Below are positions 36,151 through 46,107 of a stretch of DNA of 47,118 nucleotides, one piece after another. A program made the position numbers and the translations under genes. The stretch is from the IMG/VR virus record IMGVR_UViG_2634166512_000003. One strand, given 5' to 3'. Positions within the stretch are counted from its first letter, which is position 1, and each line of letters opens with the position of its first letter. Source of the DNA: a virus (lineage: Duplodnaviria > Heunggongvirae > Uroviricota > Caudoviricetes). The notes below the pieces were generated by a model. The model saw only the letters and a list, made by a program, of their open reading frames with translations. It had not been told where the DNA came from and ran no database searches.

Positions 36151-37033
36151 ATATGCTGCAGCGGAGAACGCGCGCCGGCTGCGTGACGCAGTTAAACGCG
36201 GCACGATAGCTGCAGTTAAAATGAATCCTCCTCGCTGCCGCGTCTCATTTGGCGGCGAGCACCAGTCAGGCTGGCTGCAGTGGTTCACGCACGCGACATC
36301 GGAACGAGTGGATTGGAGCGCTCCATCAGTGGGTGATCCCGTTACCGTTGTTTCTGAGGGCGGGGACACGCGGAACGGCGTAGTTATGCTCGGGCTGCAC
36401 ATTGACAACAAAGCTCCGCCCAGTAATGACCCCCATGATCATGTCACTGCATACTGTGACGGGGCTACGATGACGTATAACACAAAAAATCACACTCTGA
36501 CATGGCAGGGCGTACCGGACGGCGTAGTAAAAATACTCGGTGAGTCTGAAATAGAAATATTCGGACGTGCAGACGTTACTATTAATAGCGAAAACGTTGT
36601 CAATATTCACGGTGGAAAATTAATTAACGCAGACGCTGACATTATTAATGTGACAGCAACTGACACAATTAACGCACATGCTGATTTAGTGAACGTTATA
36701 GCAACGAGTTCTGTTAGTGTTACTGCTGCGAACAGAATATCGCTGACAGCTCAAACAATCAGTGCGTGGGCTCCGGGTGGGATAACACTAGCTGGTCCAA
36801 CGCATATCACCGAGACATTAATTGTAGATAAATTAGCGACATTCCGTAACGATATTTCTGTCACTGGAGATAACGGTGGAACAGGTAATATCACAACTCG
36901 CGGTAGTGTGTTAGCAGGACAAGAGGTGCAGGATCGACAAGGCACAATAACTGAAGTCCGCACAACGTATAACGGACACACTCATACATGCCCGGACGGG
37001 GAAACACAACAACCGAACCAACCAATGGCGTAA
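36131..37033 (+). CDS. baseplate assembly protein V (P2 gpV-like spike)
   Basis: PRCRVSFGGEHQSGWLQWFTH...WSAPSVGDPVTV resembles recalled P2 gpV N-terminus. Confidence 0.75.
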   Translation: MAQSDDEYAAAENARRLRDAVKRGTIAAVKMNPPRCRVSFGGEHQSGWLQWFTHATSERVDWSAPSVGDPVTVVSEGGDTRNGVVMLGLHIDNKAPPSNDPHDHVTAYCDGATMTYNTKNHTLTWQGVPDGVVKILGESEIEIFGRADVTINSENVVNIHGGKLINADADIINVTATDTINAHADLVNVIATSSVSVTAANRISLTAQTISAWAPGGITLAGPTHITETLIVDKLATFRNDISVTGDNGGTGNITTRGSVLAGQEVQDRQGTITEVRTTYNGHTHTCPDGETQQPNQPMA

Positions 37034-37035
37034 AT

Positions 37036-37377
37036 ATGCTTGGAATGGACCGTAACACTGGTAAACCTTTATCCGGGGTTGACCACATTTGTCAGTCTAT
37101 CGTTGATATTTTAACGACCCCGCTGGGAACCCGTGTAATGCTGCCGGAATATGGGAGCAAATTATTTGACCTCGTTGATAATCCCACAGATCCATCACTG
37201 GCTATACGGATAATCATGGAAAGTGCTGGCGCAATAGTACGCTGGGAACCACGCGTCAGAATTGACAGAATAAATGTGTTAGCAGTGGATATCGGGAAAA
37301 TAACAATATTAATTATCGCAACAGATATCGAAACACAACAGCGATTAGAGTTTAATAATATGGAGCTGATATTTTGA
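37036..37377 (+). CDS. baseplate protein W (P2 gpW-like, GPW/gp25 family)
   Basis: MLGMDRNTGKPLSGVDHICQSIVDILTTPLGTRVM matches recalled P2 gpW. Confidence 0.8.
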   Translation: MLGMDRNTGKPLSGVDHICQSIVDILTTPLGTRVMLPEYGSKLFDLVDNPTDPSLAIRIIMESAGAIVRWEPRVRIDRINVLAVDIGKITILIIATDIETQQRLEFNNMELIF

Positions 37378-38294
37378 TAACATCAACAGTTCAGAACTCG
37401 ATAGTGAAAACTATTGATATGAGTCTGCTGCCGCCGCCAGCATTCGTTAAAACCCCGTTATTTTCAGATGTTAAATCTAATCTACTGTCAGAGCTGCAGA
37501 TATTATATCCACAATTTAACGCACTCCTGGAGTCAGACCCGGCAGTTAAACTGCTGGAAATAGTTGCATACAGAGAAATCATTATTACAGCTCGGGTAAA
37601 TCAGGGGATGCTCGCTGTATTGCTCGCGTTTGCAAAAGGGACTGACCTCGACCAGATTGGCGCTAATTTTGACTGCCTGCGGCTGTTGATAACGCCAGCT
37701 AATCCCGACTCAGTCCCCCCGACTGAAGCGGTTTACGAGAGTGACGACGAGTATCGTCATCGCATACAACTATCATGGTACGCGCGTAATACTGCCGGCA
37801 GTACAAACGCGTATAACTATTTCGCGCTATCGAGTGATCCCGATGTTCTGTCAGCGCAGGCATACGGCCCGCCTGTGACTCAGCCAGGGTACGTCGATAT
37901 GTACGTTTTGTCCCGGACAGGCGACGGTGTACCCCCGCAATCACTACTGAATACAGTGAATGCGGCCCTGTCTCCTGACGACACTCGGCCACTAACTGAT
38001 TTCGTGACCGTAAAACCTGCGTCGAACCTGAATTACCGGGTTGAGGCCGTTATCGTAGCGGGGCTCGGTCCCGACCAGAACGTATTACTCAACGGCGCGC
38101 AGAGCGACCTGGCGGTCTACGTGACCACGCAACATAAAATCGGGGCAACAGCAGCCCTGTCGGGAATTTACGACGCAATACATCGTGACGGCACCGAACG
38201 TGTGATTCTGATATCGCCGACAGAGGACGTCATTGCAGGTGTCGGACAGGCACCATATTGCACCGAAATTAAACTCAGCGTACAGATGGGGTGA
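37374..38294 (+). CDS. baseplate protein J-like
   Basis: 306-aa ORF in V-W-J-I order; assignment by synteny and size. Confidence 0.7.
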   Translation: MITSTVQNSIVKTIDMSLLPPPAFVKTPLFSDVKSNLLSELQILYPQFNALLESDPAVKLLEIVAYREIIITARVNQGMLAVLLAFAKGTDLDQIGANFDCLRLLITPANPDSVPPTEAVYESDDEYRHRIQLSWYARNTAGSTNAYNYFALSSDPDVLSAQAYGPPVTQPGYVDMYVLSRTGDGVPPQSLLNTVNAALSPDDTRPLTDFVTVKPASNLNYRVEAVIVAGLGPDQNVLLNGAQSDLAVYVTTQHKIGATAALSGIYDAIHRDGTERVILISPTEDVIAGVGQAPYCTEIKLSVQMG

Positions 38295-38923
38295 CAATGA
38301 CGAGCCAGAGTGTACTGCCTCCTAACGCAGTAACACCAGAAAGAGCGCTGGAAGCCGTTTTATCTCACGTCGGCGATCTGCCTGGCGATATTCGAATTAT
38401 TAAGAATCCCGATTTGTGTCCTGCAAATCTGTTGCCGTGGCTTGCGTGGGAATACGCCGTCACCTACTGGAACCCCGACTGGAGCGAGCAGCAAAAACGC
38501 GAAATTATTAAAGCAGCTGCGTGGCAGAACAAGCACCGCGGAACGCGTGGAGCTGTTGAACGAGCGTTATTAACAGTTGGATTTGAGAGCAAAATGAGAG
38601 AGTGGTTCGAAGCCGCGCCCAGGGACGACCCGTATACATTCGCAATTAAAATATATCTGCTAAAAAATATGGGGTTAGATTTAGAGCTATTGAATACATT
38701 TATTGCACAAATATTTGATGCAAAAAATTGTCGCTCTTTATTAAAAGAAATAAATTTCGAAACAGGTGTGGAAGGGGAATTTTTTATAGCTGGAACTCCT
38801 TACACAAAAATAGGCGTAAATATACCGGCAGATGGTGATGGTGGCGTGAAATTAAATGGCGGATTATATATATCAGGCTCGCCAATCGTGAGTCTGTTAG
38901 TGGAGATTGGACCCAATGGCTAA
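38291..38923 (+). CDS. tail protein I-like (baseplate)
   Basis: CPANLLPWLAWEYAV block matches recalled P2 gpI. Confidence 0.75.
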   Translation: MTMTSQSVLPPNAVTPERALEAVLSHVGDLPGDIRIIKNPDLCPANLLPWLAWEYAVTYWNPDWSEQQKREIIKAAAWQNKHRGTRGAVERALLTVGFESKMREWFEAAPRDDPYTFAIKIYLLKNMGLDLELLNTFIAQIFDAKNCRSLLKEINFETGVEGEFFIAGTPYTKIGVNIPADGDGGVKLNGGLYISGSPIVSLLVEIGPNG

Positions 38924-39869
38924 ATTAAAATCAAATCTGAAAGCTAACGCGAGCCAAGTTTATGCGGTGCTGACAGACCGTGGCGCGCAATTAGAAGCTG
39001 CGGCGCTGGCGTCAGGCGTGCCGGTAGTGCTAAATAAATTCGTTATTGGTGACGCGAACGGAAATGACGACGTAACACCAGACCCGGCCAGAACGGCATT
39101 AATTCACGAGACGTATCGCGGAGATATTAAATCGTCAGAAAATAGCGGTAATCAGGTCATTTTTACACTGTACGTACCGCCGGAAACCGGCGGTTATACC
39201 ATCCGCGAGGTGGGGATATTAACAGATAAAGGGGAACTGTACTCAGTTGCACGTTCACCGGATATTTTAAAACCTACGGACAGCAACGGCGCGCTGATTT
39301 CAATCACGTATAAATACACTCTCGCGGTGTCCAGCACGTCTACTGTTAACGTTGTTATTGATAACAGTAGCGGAATGAGCCAGGCAGATGCCGATAAACG
39401 ATATTTGCAGATAGGTAAAAATTTATCTGAAATTAAAGATAAAGGCACGGTGGCGCAAAAAACGGCGCGAGAAAATATCGGCGTAAATCTTGATAATTAT
39501 TACACCAAAGAAGACGTTGATGATTTAATTGATGCTAACGATGACCCTGCACCGGCGGTGCCTGCGTTTGCAGCTGTCGGCTCAGTTGTTTATGCTGGAT
39601 TTACATTCGATAACTCTACTGTAATGCACTATAAACCTGGTGATCAGTTACAAGGTTCGATAATTTCCCCTGCATGCATTCAATGGAAATATACCGGAGG
39701 TGTCGGCTCTATGAGCGAAGCCACGCTTACGCTAACTTTTGGAAGTGAGCCATTGCCTGGTATTTGGCAATTGTGCGGACTGATCCCCCAGAGCTATGAG
39801 CCATCTTCCGGGGCTGGTGAAGATATCTATACTGGCAAATTTGCAACTAATTTCACGAGGATAGCGTAA
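38907..39869 (+). CDS. tail fibre protein (P2 gpH-like N-terminal domain)
   Basis: TALIHETYRG...VPPETGGYTIREVGILTD resembles recalled P2 gpH N-terminus. Confidence 0.7.
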   Translation: MDPMAKLKSNLKANASQVYAVLTDRGAQLEAAALASGVPVVLNKFVIGDANGNDDVTPDPARTALIHETYRGDIKSSENSGNQVIFTLYVPPETGGYTIREVGILTDKGELYSVARSPDILKPTDSNGALISITYKYTLAVSSTSTVNVVIDNSSGMSQADADKRYLQIGKNLSEIKDKGTVAQKTARENIGVNLDNYYTKEDVDDLIDANDDPAPAVPAFAAVGSVVYAGFTFDNSTVMHYKPGDQLQGSIISPACIQWKYTGGVGSMSEATLTLTFGSEPLPGIWQLCGLIPQSYEPSSGAGEDIYTGKFATNFTRIA

Positions 39870-39874
39870 AACAA

Positions 39875-40108
39875 ATGATAACAATTGATAACTTTTCAAA
39901 TATAAAAACACAGCGCTATTCCAGCGCATCGAATAACAGTATTGATATTGTCTGTGACATACAAGGGATCGGTAATGCTATTTTATTTACTGCATCTAAG
40001 ACAGACTCCACATTATATGGCCGAGAGTTATACGAGCGCGCCGCTTGCGGTGAATTTGGTGATGTTGCTGAATATGTGGCTCCAATTATAATCGAATCAG
40101 GAGAGTAA
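39875..40108 (+). CDS. small protein at tail-fibre-assembly position (possibly truncated chaperone)
   Basis: 77-aa ORF directly after the fibre gene. Confidence 0.3.
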   Translation: MITIDNFSNIKTQRYSSASNNSIDIVCDIQGIGNAILFTASKTDSTLYGRELYERAACGEFGDVAEYVAPIIIESGE

Positions 40109-40113
40109 AATTA

Positions 40114-41607
40114 ATGAGCACTAATTTTTTGCACGGCCCCCGCACGCTTGAATACGACGACGGCACAAAAGAGATCAGCGCGGTAGATATTTCGGTTATC
40201 GGGATTGTTGGTACTGCACCGGATGTTGGGCTGGGAGGAAGAGCTTCATTAACATGGGGGTCACCCTTGTCAGATAACGTGGTGACATTTCTCCCGGTTT
40301 ATTCAGGGAGTTACGGAAATAAATTTGCAGTTGAAATTATTAAGAAGGGCATTTCTGGAATTAAATACGGATATAGCACGTTACCGGACGGGACAATAAA
40401 ATTAACGCTCGGAACAGATAGTACAACAACGCCAGAGGTGCTGTCACAAGACGTTCTGACTCACAATGAGGGACGGAACGCGGAGGATTATATTTTTGTA
40501 GCGTTGGATGAGGCCAGTAAAAATGATGGAATTGTTTATCAGATGCCCGTCACGAGCCTGACGGGCGGTTCTGACGCTCCATTTCCAGTCAACATACCCA
40601 CACTAATTGCAGGTAGTCAGAAAAAAGCGGCGCTCCTGGGTGCAGCAGGCACTCTCCCCGCAGCCATCACTGATATTTTAAATCAGACAGATGCGCTAAT
40701 TGTTGTTGTTCGCGTAGACGAAAACACAGACGCGACAAAAGAGCGTGAGAACGTAATCAACGGCATTAACGCTATGTTAACATCGGGACAGATAAACCAG
40801 GTGACTCCACGAATTTTGATTGCACCTGATTACAGTGCTAATGACGACGTCGCTGCCGCGCTGGAGGTAGTCACAAATAAATTACGTGGAGTCGGCTATA
40901 TTGATTCTCCACGCACGGCATCGCCCGCAGACGTCGTTAACCGCCGCCATAAATATAGCGCGCGCATGGAAATACTACGCCCGCGTGTGTTTTCAGCTGG
41001 CGATCTCAGTGATCTGTCGCGTCCATATTCAGCTATCGCCGCTGGTTTACGAGCCAGAATTGATAATGAAAAAGGGTTTTGGTGGAGTAAGTCGAATCAA
41101 AATATTTATGGAATAACAGGGCTTGAACAAGTCGACGATTTTATTATTGGTGAGACAAACTGCACAGCGAACCTACTGAACGCCAGCCAGGTCAGCACCA
41201 TTATTCGCTACGATGGATTCCGGCACTGGGGTAACTATCTGTGCAGTCTGGATCCACAATGGTCGTTTGAATGCGTTCGTCGGACAGCTGACGTAATTGA
41301 AGATTCTATAGCCCGGGCAATGATGACAGATTTTATTGATCGCCCGATAGACCTGCATCTCGGAACAGACGTTGTCGAGTCGATAAACGCATATCTGCAC
41401 AAATTAGAGGAGCAGGGTGCGATTAACGGAGGGCGTGCGTGGTTAGACGGTGAGCTGAATACAAAAGAAAGTCTGGCCGCTGGCAATCTTTATATTAATG
41501 TTGATTTTGGTCCGAAATCTCCGGCACAAACAATTACGTTAATGTACTGTATTAATAATGACTATACAGTTGAGGCACTGGCCTCCCTTTTTAAAGAAAC
41601 AGCCTGA
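40114..41607 (+). CDS. contractile tail sheath protein (P2 FI-like)
   Basis: 497 aa; C-terminal region GFWWSKSNQ...IIRYDGFRHWGN resembles recalled P2 sheath. Confidence 0.85.
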   Translation: MSTNFLHGPRTLEYDDGTKEISAVDISVIGIVGTAPDVGLGGRASLTWGSPLSDNVVTFLPVYSGSYGNKFAVEIIKKGISGIKYGYSTLPDGTIKLTLGTDSTTTPEVLSQDVLTHNEGRNAEDYIFVALDEASKNDGIVYQMPVTSLTGGSDAPFPVNIPTLIAGSQKKAALLGAAGTLPAAITDILNQTDALIVVVRVDENTDATKERENVINGINAMLTSGQINQVTPRILIAPDYSANDDVAAALEVVTNKLRGVGYIDSPRTASPADVVNRRHKYSARMEILRPRVFSAGDLSDLSRPYSAIAAGLRARIDNEKGFWWSKSNQNIYGITGLEQVDDFIIGETNCTANLLNASQVSTIIRYDGFRHWGNYLCSLDPQWSFECVRRTADVIEDSIARAMMTDFIDRPIDLHLGTDVVESINAYLHKLEEQGAINGGRAWLDGELNTKESLAAGNLYINVDFGPKSPAQTITLMYCINNDYTVEALASLFKETA

Positions 41608-41624
41608 TAATTTGGAGATTAAAT

Positions 41625-42137
41625 ATGTCAGACAGCAACGCTTACCGCGCGTTTGCGCTATTCGTGCAGGGCGAACGGGTTTTAAATTGTACTGAATATA
41701 CTCCAGTAGATATGAAAATAATCGAAGACGAGTTTAAAACAGGCGCGATGGATACAGCTATCACTCTGGATGGGGGGATGGAGAAAATGTCAGCCAGTTT
41801 TAAAGTTTCAGGTTCTGATTCTGCTGTTATGAGCTATTTCGGGTTAATACCGGGAGTGAAGACGCGGTTTGAAATTCGTAGTGCGTACACAGACTCTTAC
41901 GGAATAAACTTTGAGCGCATTGATACCTATGAGGGGCTTATTACAGCAATCACTGATGATGCCCAGGGGACTGATTCTAAATCGTCAGTGGGGCAATCAG
42001 TAACGATTGCGCCGAGCTATTATAAACGAGTTCAAAATGGACGAATTATTTACGAAATTCATCCTGCAAAAATGAAACGCGTTATCAATGGTGTTGATGT
42101 TCTTGCGGGCGTCGCTCGAATCCTTCATGTATATTAA
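41625..42137 (+). CDS. tail tube protein (P2 FII-like)
   Basis: 170-aa protein immediately after sheath gene. Confidence 0.75.
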   Translation: MSDSNAYRAFALFVQGERVLNCTEYTPVDMKIIEDEFKTGAMDTAITLDGGMEKMSASFKVSGSDSAVMSYFGLIPGVKTRFEIRSAYTDSYGINFERIDTYEGLITAITDDAQGTDSKSSVGQSVTIAPSYYKRVQNGRIIYEIHPAKMKRVINGVDVLAGVARILHVY

Positions 42138-42149
42138 AAGGTAAGTAAG

Positions 42150-42431
42150 ATGGAATCATTATTAGACAGTATGACTATTACGCTCTCTCGACCATTTATT
42201 ATTAAGGGCGAGAGCTGCGATACAATTACTATTCGCGAACCAAAATTACGCGACCGCATTATGTTCAGTAACGATAAAAGCGGTCTTGAAGAGCGGACAG
42301 CGACAATGCTGGCGCGCCTGGCAAATCTGGAGAGAGAGGATTTATATGCGCTCCCCGCGTGCGATTACGATCAACTGGAGGCCGCGTTTAACGAACTGGT
42401 AAAGCACCCGAAAGACCGACATCAGATATAG
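42150..42431 (+). CDS. tail assembly chaperone (P2 gpE-like)
   Basis: 93-aa ORF before tape measure gene; overlapping -1-frame ORF extends to the tape measure start. Confidence 0.5.
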   Translation: MESLLDSMTITLSRPFIIKGESCDTITIREPKLRDRIMFSNDKSGLEERTATMLARLANLEREDLYALPACDYDQLEAAFNELVKHPKDRHQI

Positions 42432-42539
42432 TAATTCTGATTCCGTTTATTGCGAAAAAACTTGCCATCCCGCCCGATACGCAAATGGACCTGCCGTATC
42501 GGGTTTTTAATTTCTATGTAAACGAGGTCATGAAAACCG

Positions 42540-44180
42540 ATGGCTATTTCTCAAAACTTTAAAACGCAGGTTGTATTTGGGGGAAGAATAGACCCGTCGT
42601 TTCGGCGCGGTACAACAGAACTCAACGATGCAATTCGGCAGACGTCGTCTACTGTCGGAAAATTAACGAAAAGCCAGGATAAATTAAAAGACAAAATCGC
42701 AGCAATGAAACTGGCGGGTAAAGACGTTTCTGATTTATCTGCTCAGTATCAAAAGCTGGACCGTCGGATAAAAGCGACAACACAGGACCAGGAAGCTCTG
42801 AATACTCAGCTCGCCAAAAAACAGCGGCTGGAGAAGTGGACGGGGCGCGCAAAAGGTGCTGCAAAATGGGGAGGGCGAGCCGCCGCAGGTGCGGTGAGGG
42901 CCACGGGACGGGGTATCAAATGGGGGACGCTGGGGGCCGTGGGTCTGCTCGGCGGCGCGGCTGCTGGCGCGTTGGCAATGAATGCAGAGACGTCAGAAAA
43001 ACTCGGTCTGGCGAAGTCCTACGGTGTTGGCATCGAAAAATACGCTGCGTGGGAAAATATTGGTAAAGCTGCAGGGCTGAATGGCGAAAACGTAGGAGAT
43101 CTGTCGGAGGAGTTGACTAATAAAATCGGGGAGGTTGGAAACGAAAAAAACCTGAACCCCATGTTGTTTCAAATTGGCCTGACAAAAAAACGGATGGCTA
43201 AATGGGATCGAGAAAAACAGTTCAATGAAGTTATGCGGCGTATCTCTGAAATGAAGGATGATCAACAGGCGGCGAGTCTGGCTGATCAGCTCATGGGGGG
43301 GGAAGCTAATAAAATAATGACTTATATGCGGGCGACTGGTAAAAGCTGGGAGCAGACTCTGTCGGACGCTCAAAAATCAAACCTGCTAACGAAAGAAGGG
43401 GCTGAGGGTGCAGCGCGCGCGCACGTATCCGTCACGAATCTGTGGGGGGCAATCACATCGGGGCTGGCAGATACTCTCGGGAAAATCGGAGGGGAACTCG
43501 CGCCGACGTTTGACGCTATGCGAGACGGGCTGGCATCCTGGTTTAAAGAGAATCAAGGGGGGGTTGTTGATAGTATTAAAGAATGGGTTAAGCCAGAAAA
43601 TATGAAAAAAATGTGGGAGGGGATAGTCAGTTTTGGCGAGGCGTGCGTTAAATTCGGAAAAATAATTTGGGCAGTCGTAAAAAAACTGGAGTGGTTAATA
43701 CCGGACGAGAAAACAGACGAGGAGCAGCGCGTATATAACGAAGAATATAATAAGGCGTATCAGGAATTCATGGATGGCGGAGGAAAATATTCACCAAACC
43801 CAGGAATGGCGGCGGATAATGTTGCAAAAGCAAAAGCCGCCGAAGCCGTGGATAATATGCGACACCCTGAACGTCTTGCTCGTGCAAAATCACAGGCTGA
43901 ATCACTGCTCTCGTTTGCTAACCCGTTTACTGGATTAATAAATAAAGGCTCAACGCCTGAATCACAAAACTCAGCAACGTTGAATATTGACGCGCTGAGA
44001 CAAGCAGTCGCAACTCCAGCGCCAGAGCAAAACAATAAAATTGAAATCAATATTATCGGAGCGGCAGATCCACAATCAACACAGCAGGCTGCTGCATCGG
44101 GTGTGCTCGACGGGCTGAGACAAGTTGCGAGTTCGTACAACCGTGGTGCGATGTTTGATAAACCAGCGGCGGCGGGGTGA
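42540..44180 (+). CDS. tail tape measure protein
   Basis: 546-aa protein with coiled-coil N-terminus and Gly/Ala-rich hydrophobic segment, after the chaperone gene. Confidence 0.75.
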   Translation: MAISQNFKTQVVFGGRIDPSFRRGTTELNDAIRQTSSTVGKLTKSQDKLKDKIAAMKLAGKDVSDLSAQYQKLDRRIKATTQDQEALNTQLAKKQRLEKWTGRAKGAAKWGGRAAAGAVRATGRGIKWGTLGAVGLLGGAAAGALAMNAETSEKLGLAKSYGVGIEKYAAWENIGKAAGLNGENVGDLSEELTNKIGEVGNEKNLNPMLFQIGLTKKRMAKWDREKQFNEVMRRISEMKDDQQAASLADQLMGGEANKIMTYMRATGKSWEQTLSDAQKSNLLTKEGAEGAARAHVSVTNLWGAITSGLADTLGKIGGELAPTFDAMRDGLASWFKENQGGVVDSIKEWVKPENMKKMWEGIVSFGEACVKFGKIIWAVVKKLEWLIPDEKTDEEQRVYNEEYNKAYQEFMDGGGKYSPNPGMAADNVAKAKAAEAVDNMRHPERLARAKSQAESLLSFANPFTGLINKGSTPESQNSATLNIDALRQAVATPAPEQNNKIEINIIGAADPQSTQQAAASGVLDGLRQVASSYNRGAMFDKPAAAG

Positions 44181-44605
44181 CAATGAGTGATGCGATAAAC
44201 GGTGCTGAGGATATCATGCTAGGCGTGGGTGATTTCATTTTTGCTATATCAACAGTAGCGTACAACAAACTGCAACGTAGTGACGCCTGGCGCTGGGCTC
44301 AGCAAACACGGTTCGGAAAAAACGACGCATTGCAGATAACCGGACGACCGAACCCCACAATCACGATCGATGGGAAAATAAATGCCTTATTCCTTGATGG
44401 GTGCGGCATTGGCTTGTTAACAGATTTGCGGGCGCTGGGGAACTCGGGAGAACCCCAGCAACTGGTGCTGGGGACCGGGGAGGTGAAGGGGTACTGGGTT
44501 ATCAGGGAGTTAACAGAAACGCAAAACAGTTTTCTGAAAGGAGGGACCCCAAAATCGCAGGACTTTTCACTCACGCTCGAATATTACGGAGCTTCGCTGG
44601 ATTGA
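44177..44605 (+). CDS. tail protein U-like
   Basis: Position after tape measure (ATGA overlap), size 142 aa. Confidence 0.65.
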   Translation: MTMSDAINGAEDIMLGVGDFIFAISTVAYNKLQRSDAWRWAQQTRFGKNDALQITGRPNPTITIDGKINALFLDGCGIGLLTDLRALGNSGEPQQLVLGTGEVKGYWVIRELTETQNSFLKGGTPKSQDFSLTLEYYGASLD

Positions 44606-44844
44606 ACTTCTTTCGGTTTTTTATCACCGAGAGCGGACCACAGCAACAGAATGATCCACATCAAAAATATCCATCCGAATAATATATTCAGAATAACGAC
44701 CATTGCGCAGCTTTTATGTCCCCTTATTAGAGCAATTACTAACGGTATTACGTATAAAATGATGGATATTAACGGGTTCGCCATTAACCATATATACAGA
44801 GCGATAACCCACGCAAATAATTCCATTTGAGGCCTCATAATCAT
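44584..44844 (-). CDS. small membrane protein resembling superinfection-immunity (Imm-type) proteins
   Basis: Two hydrophobic helices and motif ALIRGHKSCAMVVILNILFGWIFLMWIILLLWSAL matching recalled R-x-HK...N...GW...W signature; antisense to the tail operon. Confidence 0.5.
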   Translation of the reverse strand: MIMRPQMELFAWVIALYIWLMANPLISIILYVIPLVIALIRGHKSCAMVVILNILFGWIFLMWIILLLWSALGDKKPKEVQSSEAP

Positions 44845-45055
44845 GATTACATATACGACGCGGGACGGTGACCGTCTCGATCAAATCTGCTTTGCGGTCT
44901 ACGGGAGAGCGTCAAAAACGACAGAGACTGTTTTATATCAGGTTTCGAATTACGGCGTAACTGATATGTGTGCCGTGTTTCGTGCTGGAGAAAAAATTGT
45001 TTTACCCGATATCGAACCAGAACCGGTTAAAAAAGAAACGCAATTATGGGATTGA
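44843..45055 (+). CDS. tail protein X-like
   Basis: 70-aa ORF before gpD-like gene. Confidence 0.55.
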   Translation: MITYTTRDGDRLDQICFAVYGRASKTTETVLYQVSNYGVTDMCAVFRAGEKIVLPDIEPEPVKKETQLWD

Positions 45056-45058
45056 TGA

Positions 45059-46102
45059 ATGAGTGATTACGTAAATACTGGCGTGGAGGCGTGGAAACCT
45101 AATTTTTATATATCTGCTGATAATAAAAACATCACGGATAAAATAAGAAAAGGTTTGATCAATATCACGCTGACAGATTACGGCGGTTCCAGTAAACAGA
45201 CAGACGAACTCCGCGTAGCAATAGTTTCTGAAACTCTGAAAATTCCGGCCCGTGGAGTGAAAATTAGCATTGGGCTCGGTTTCGGTAATCAGATAATTGA
45301 TAAAGGCATATACATCGTTGACGGTGCTAGCAGTGGCGGTGAACCCCGGGTAGTTGATTTCACAGCAAAAGCGGCTCCGATGAACGCGGCAAAGGGCTCT
45401 CCAACAGTTCAGAGCAAAAAGACGCGCTCATGGAGCGACGTCACCGTCAGCGATATCGTTGCGACAATAGCGAGCGATAACGGGCTAAAACCTCGCGTAT
45501 CAAAGCGGTTTGCAGACAACATTATCACGCAGCTCGATCAAGTCGGTGAGTCAGATATGCACCTGATGTCGAGACTAGCAACACGATTCGATGCGGTGAG
45601 CAAACCCGCAGGAGGGTACTGGATATTCCTGCCGCGTGGCGCGGGCGAATCTGTTAACGGAGCACCGCTTCTGCACTACACGCTCACGCGTCGTGATAAC
45701 TCCAGCTGGGGTTATTCGAGAAATGGACAAAACGGCGATAGTGGCGGAGGTGGCGAAAATTCGGAGCCGACATATCTGATCAAATACCACGATACGGCAA
45801 CAGGGCAGATCAAGGAGCTGCGCACAGGCAGTGGTGGTGATCCTGTCATTGAATGGCCGGCAGTTGAGCCGTCGCTCGACGCAGCGAAAGAGGCCGCGCC
45901 GGGGCTAAAAGGAGGTGCGGCTAAAAAAGAGTTTTCCATGACGTACACAACGCCAGCAACGCTCGATTTAGTATCGCTGACTGCAGAATGCAAAGTCACA
46001 ACACAAGGGTTCGGGACAGAGGAGGACCGAGACTGGACAATCAATACGTTGACGCTGACGCTGGCTGAAAACGGATTCTCTGCGCGACTGTCGCTGGAGT
46101 AA
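45059..46102 (+). CDS. late control / tail protein D-like
   Basis: 347-aa ORF at the end of the P2-like tail gene order. Confidence 0.75.
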   Translation: MSDYVNTGVEAWKPNFYISADNKNITDKIRKGLINITLTDYGGSSKQTDELRVAIVSETLKIPARGVKISIGLGFGNQIIDKGIYIVDGASSGGEPRVVDFTAKAAPMNAAKGSPTVQSKKTRSWSDVTVSDIVATIASDNGLKPRVSKRFADNIITQLDQVGESDMHLMSRLATRFDAVSKPAGGYWIFLPRGAGESVNGAPLLHYTLTRRDNSSWGYSRNGQNGDSGGGGENSEPTYLIKYHDTATGQIKELRTGSGGDPVIEWPAVEPSLDAAKEAAPGLKGGAAKKEFSMTYTTPATLDLVSLTAECKVTTQGFGTEEDRDWTINTLTLTLAENGFSARLSLE

Positions 46103-46107
46103 ATGAA

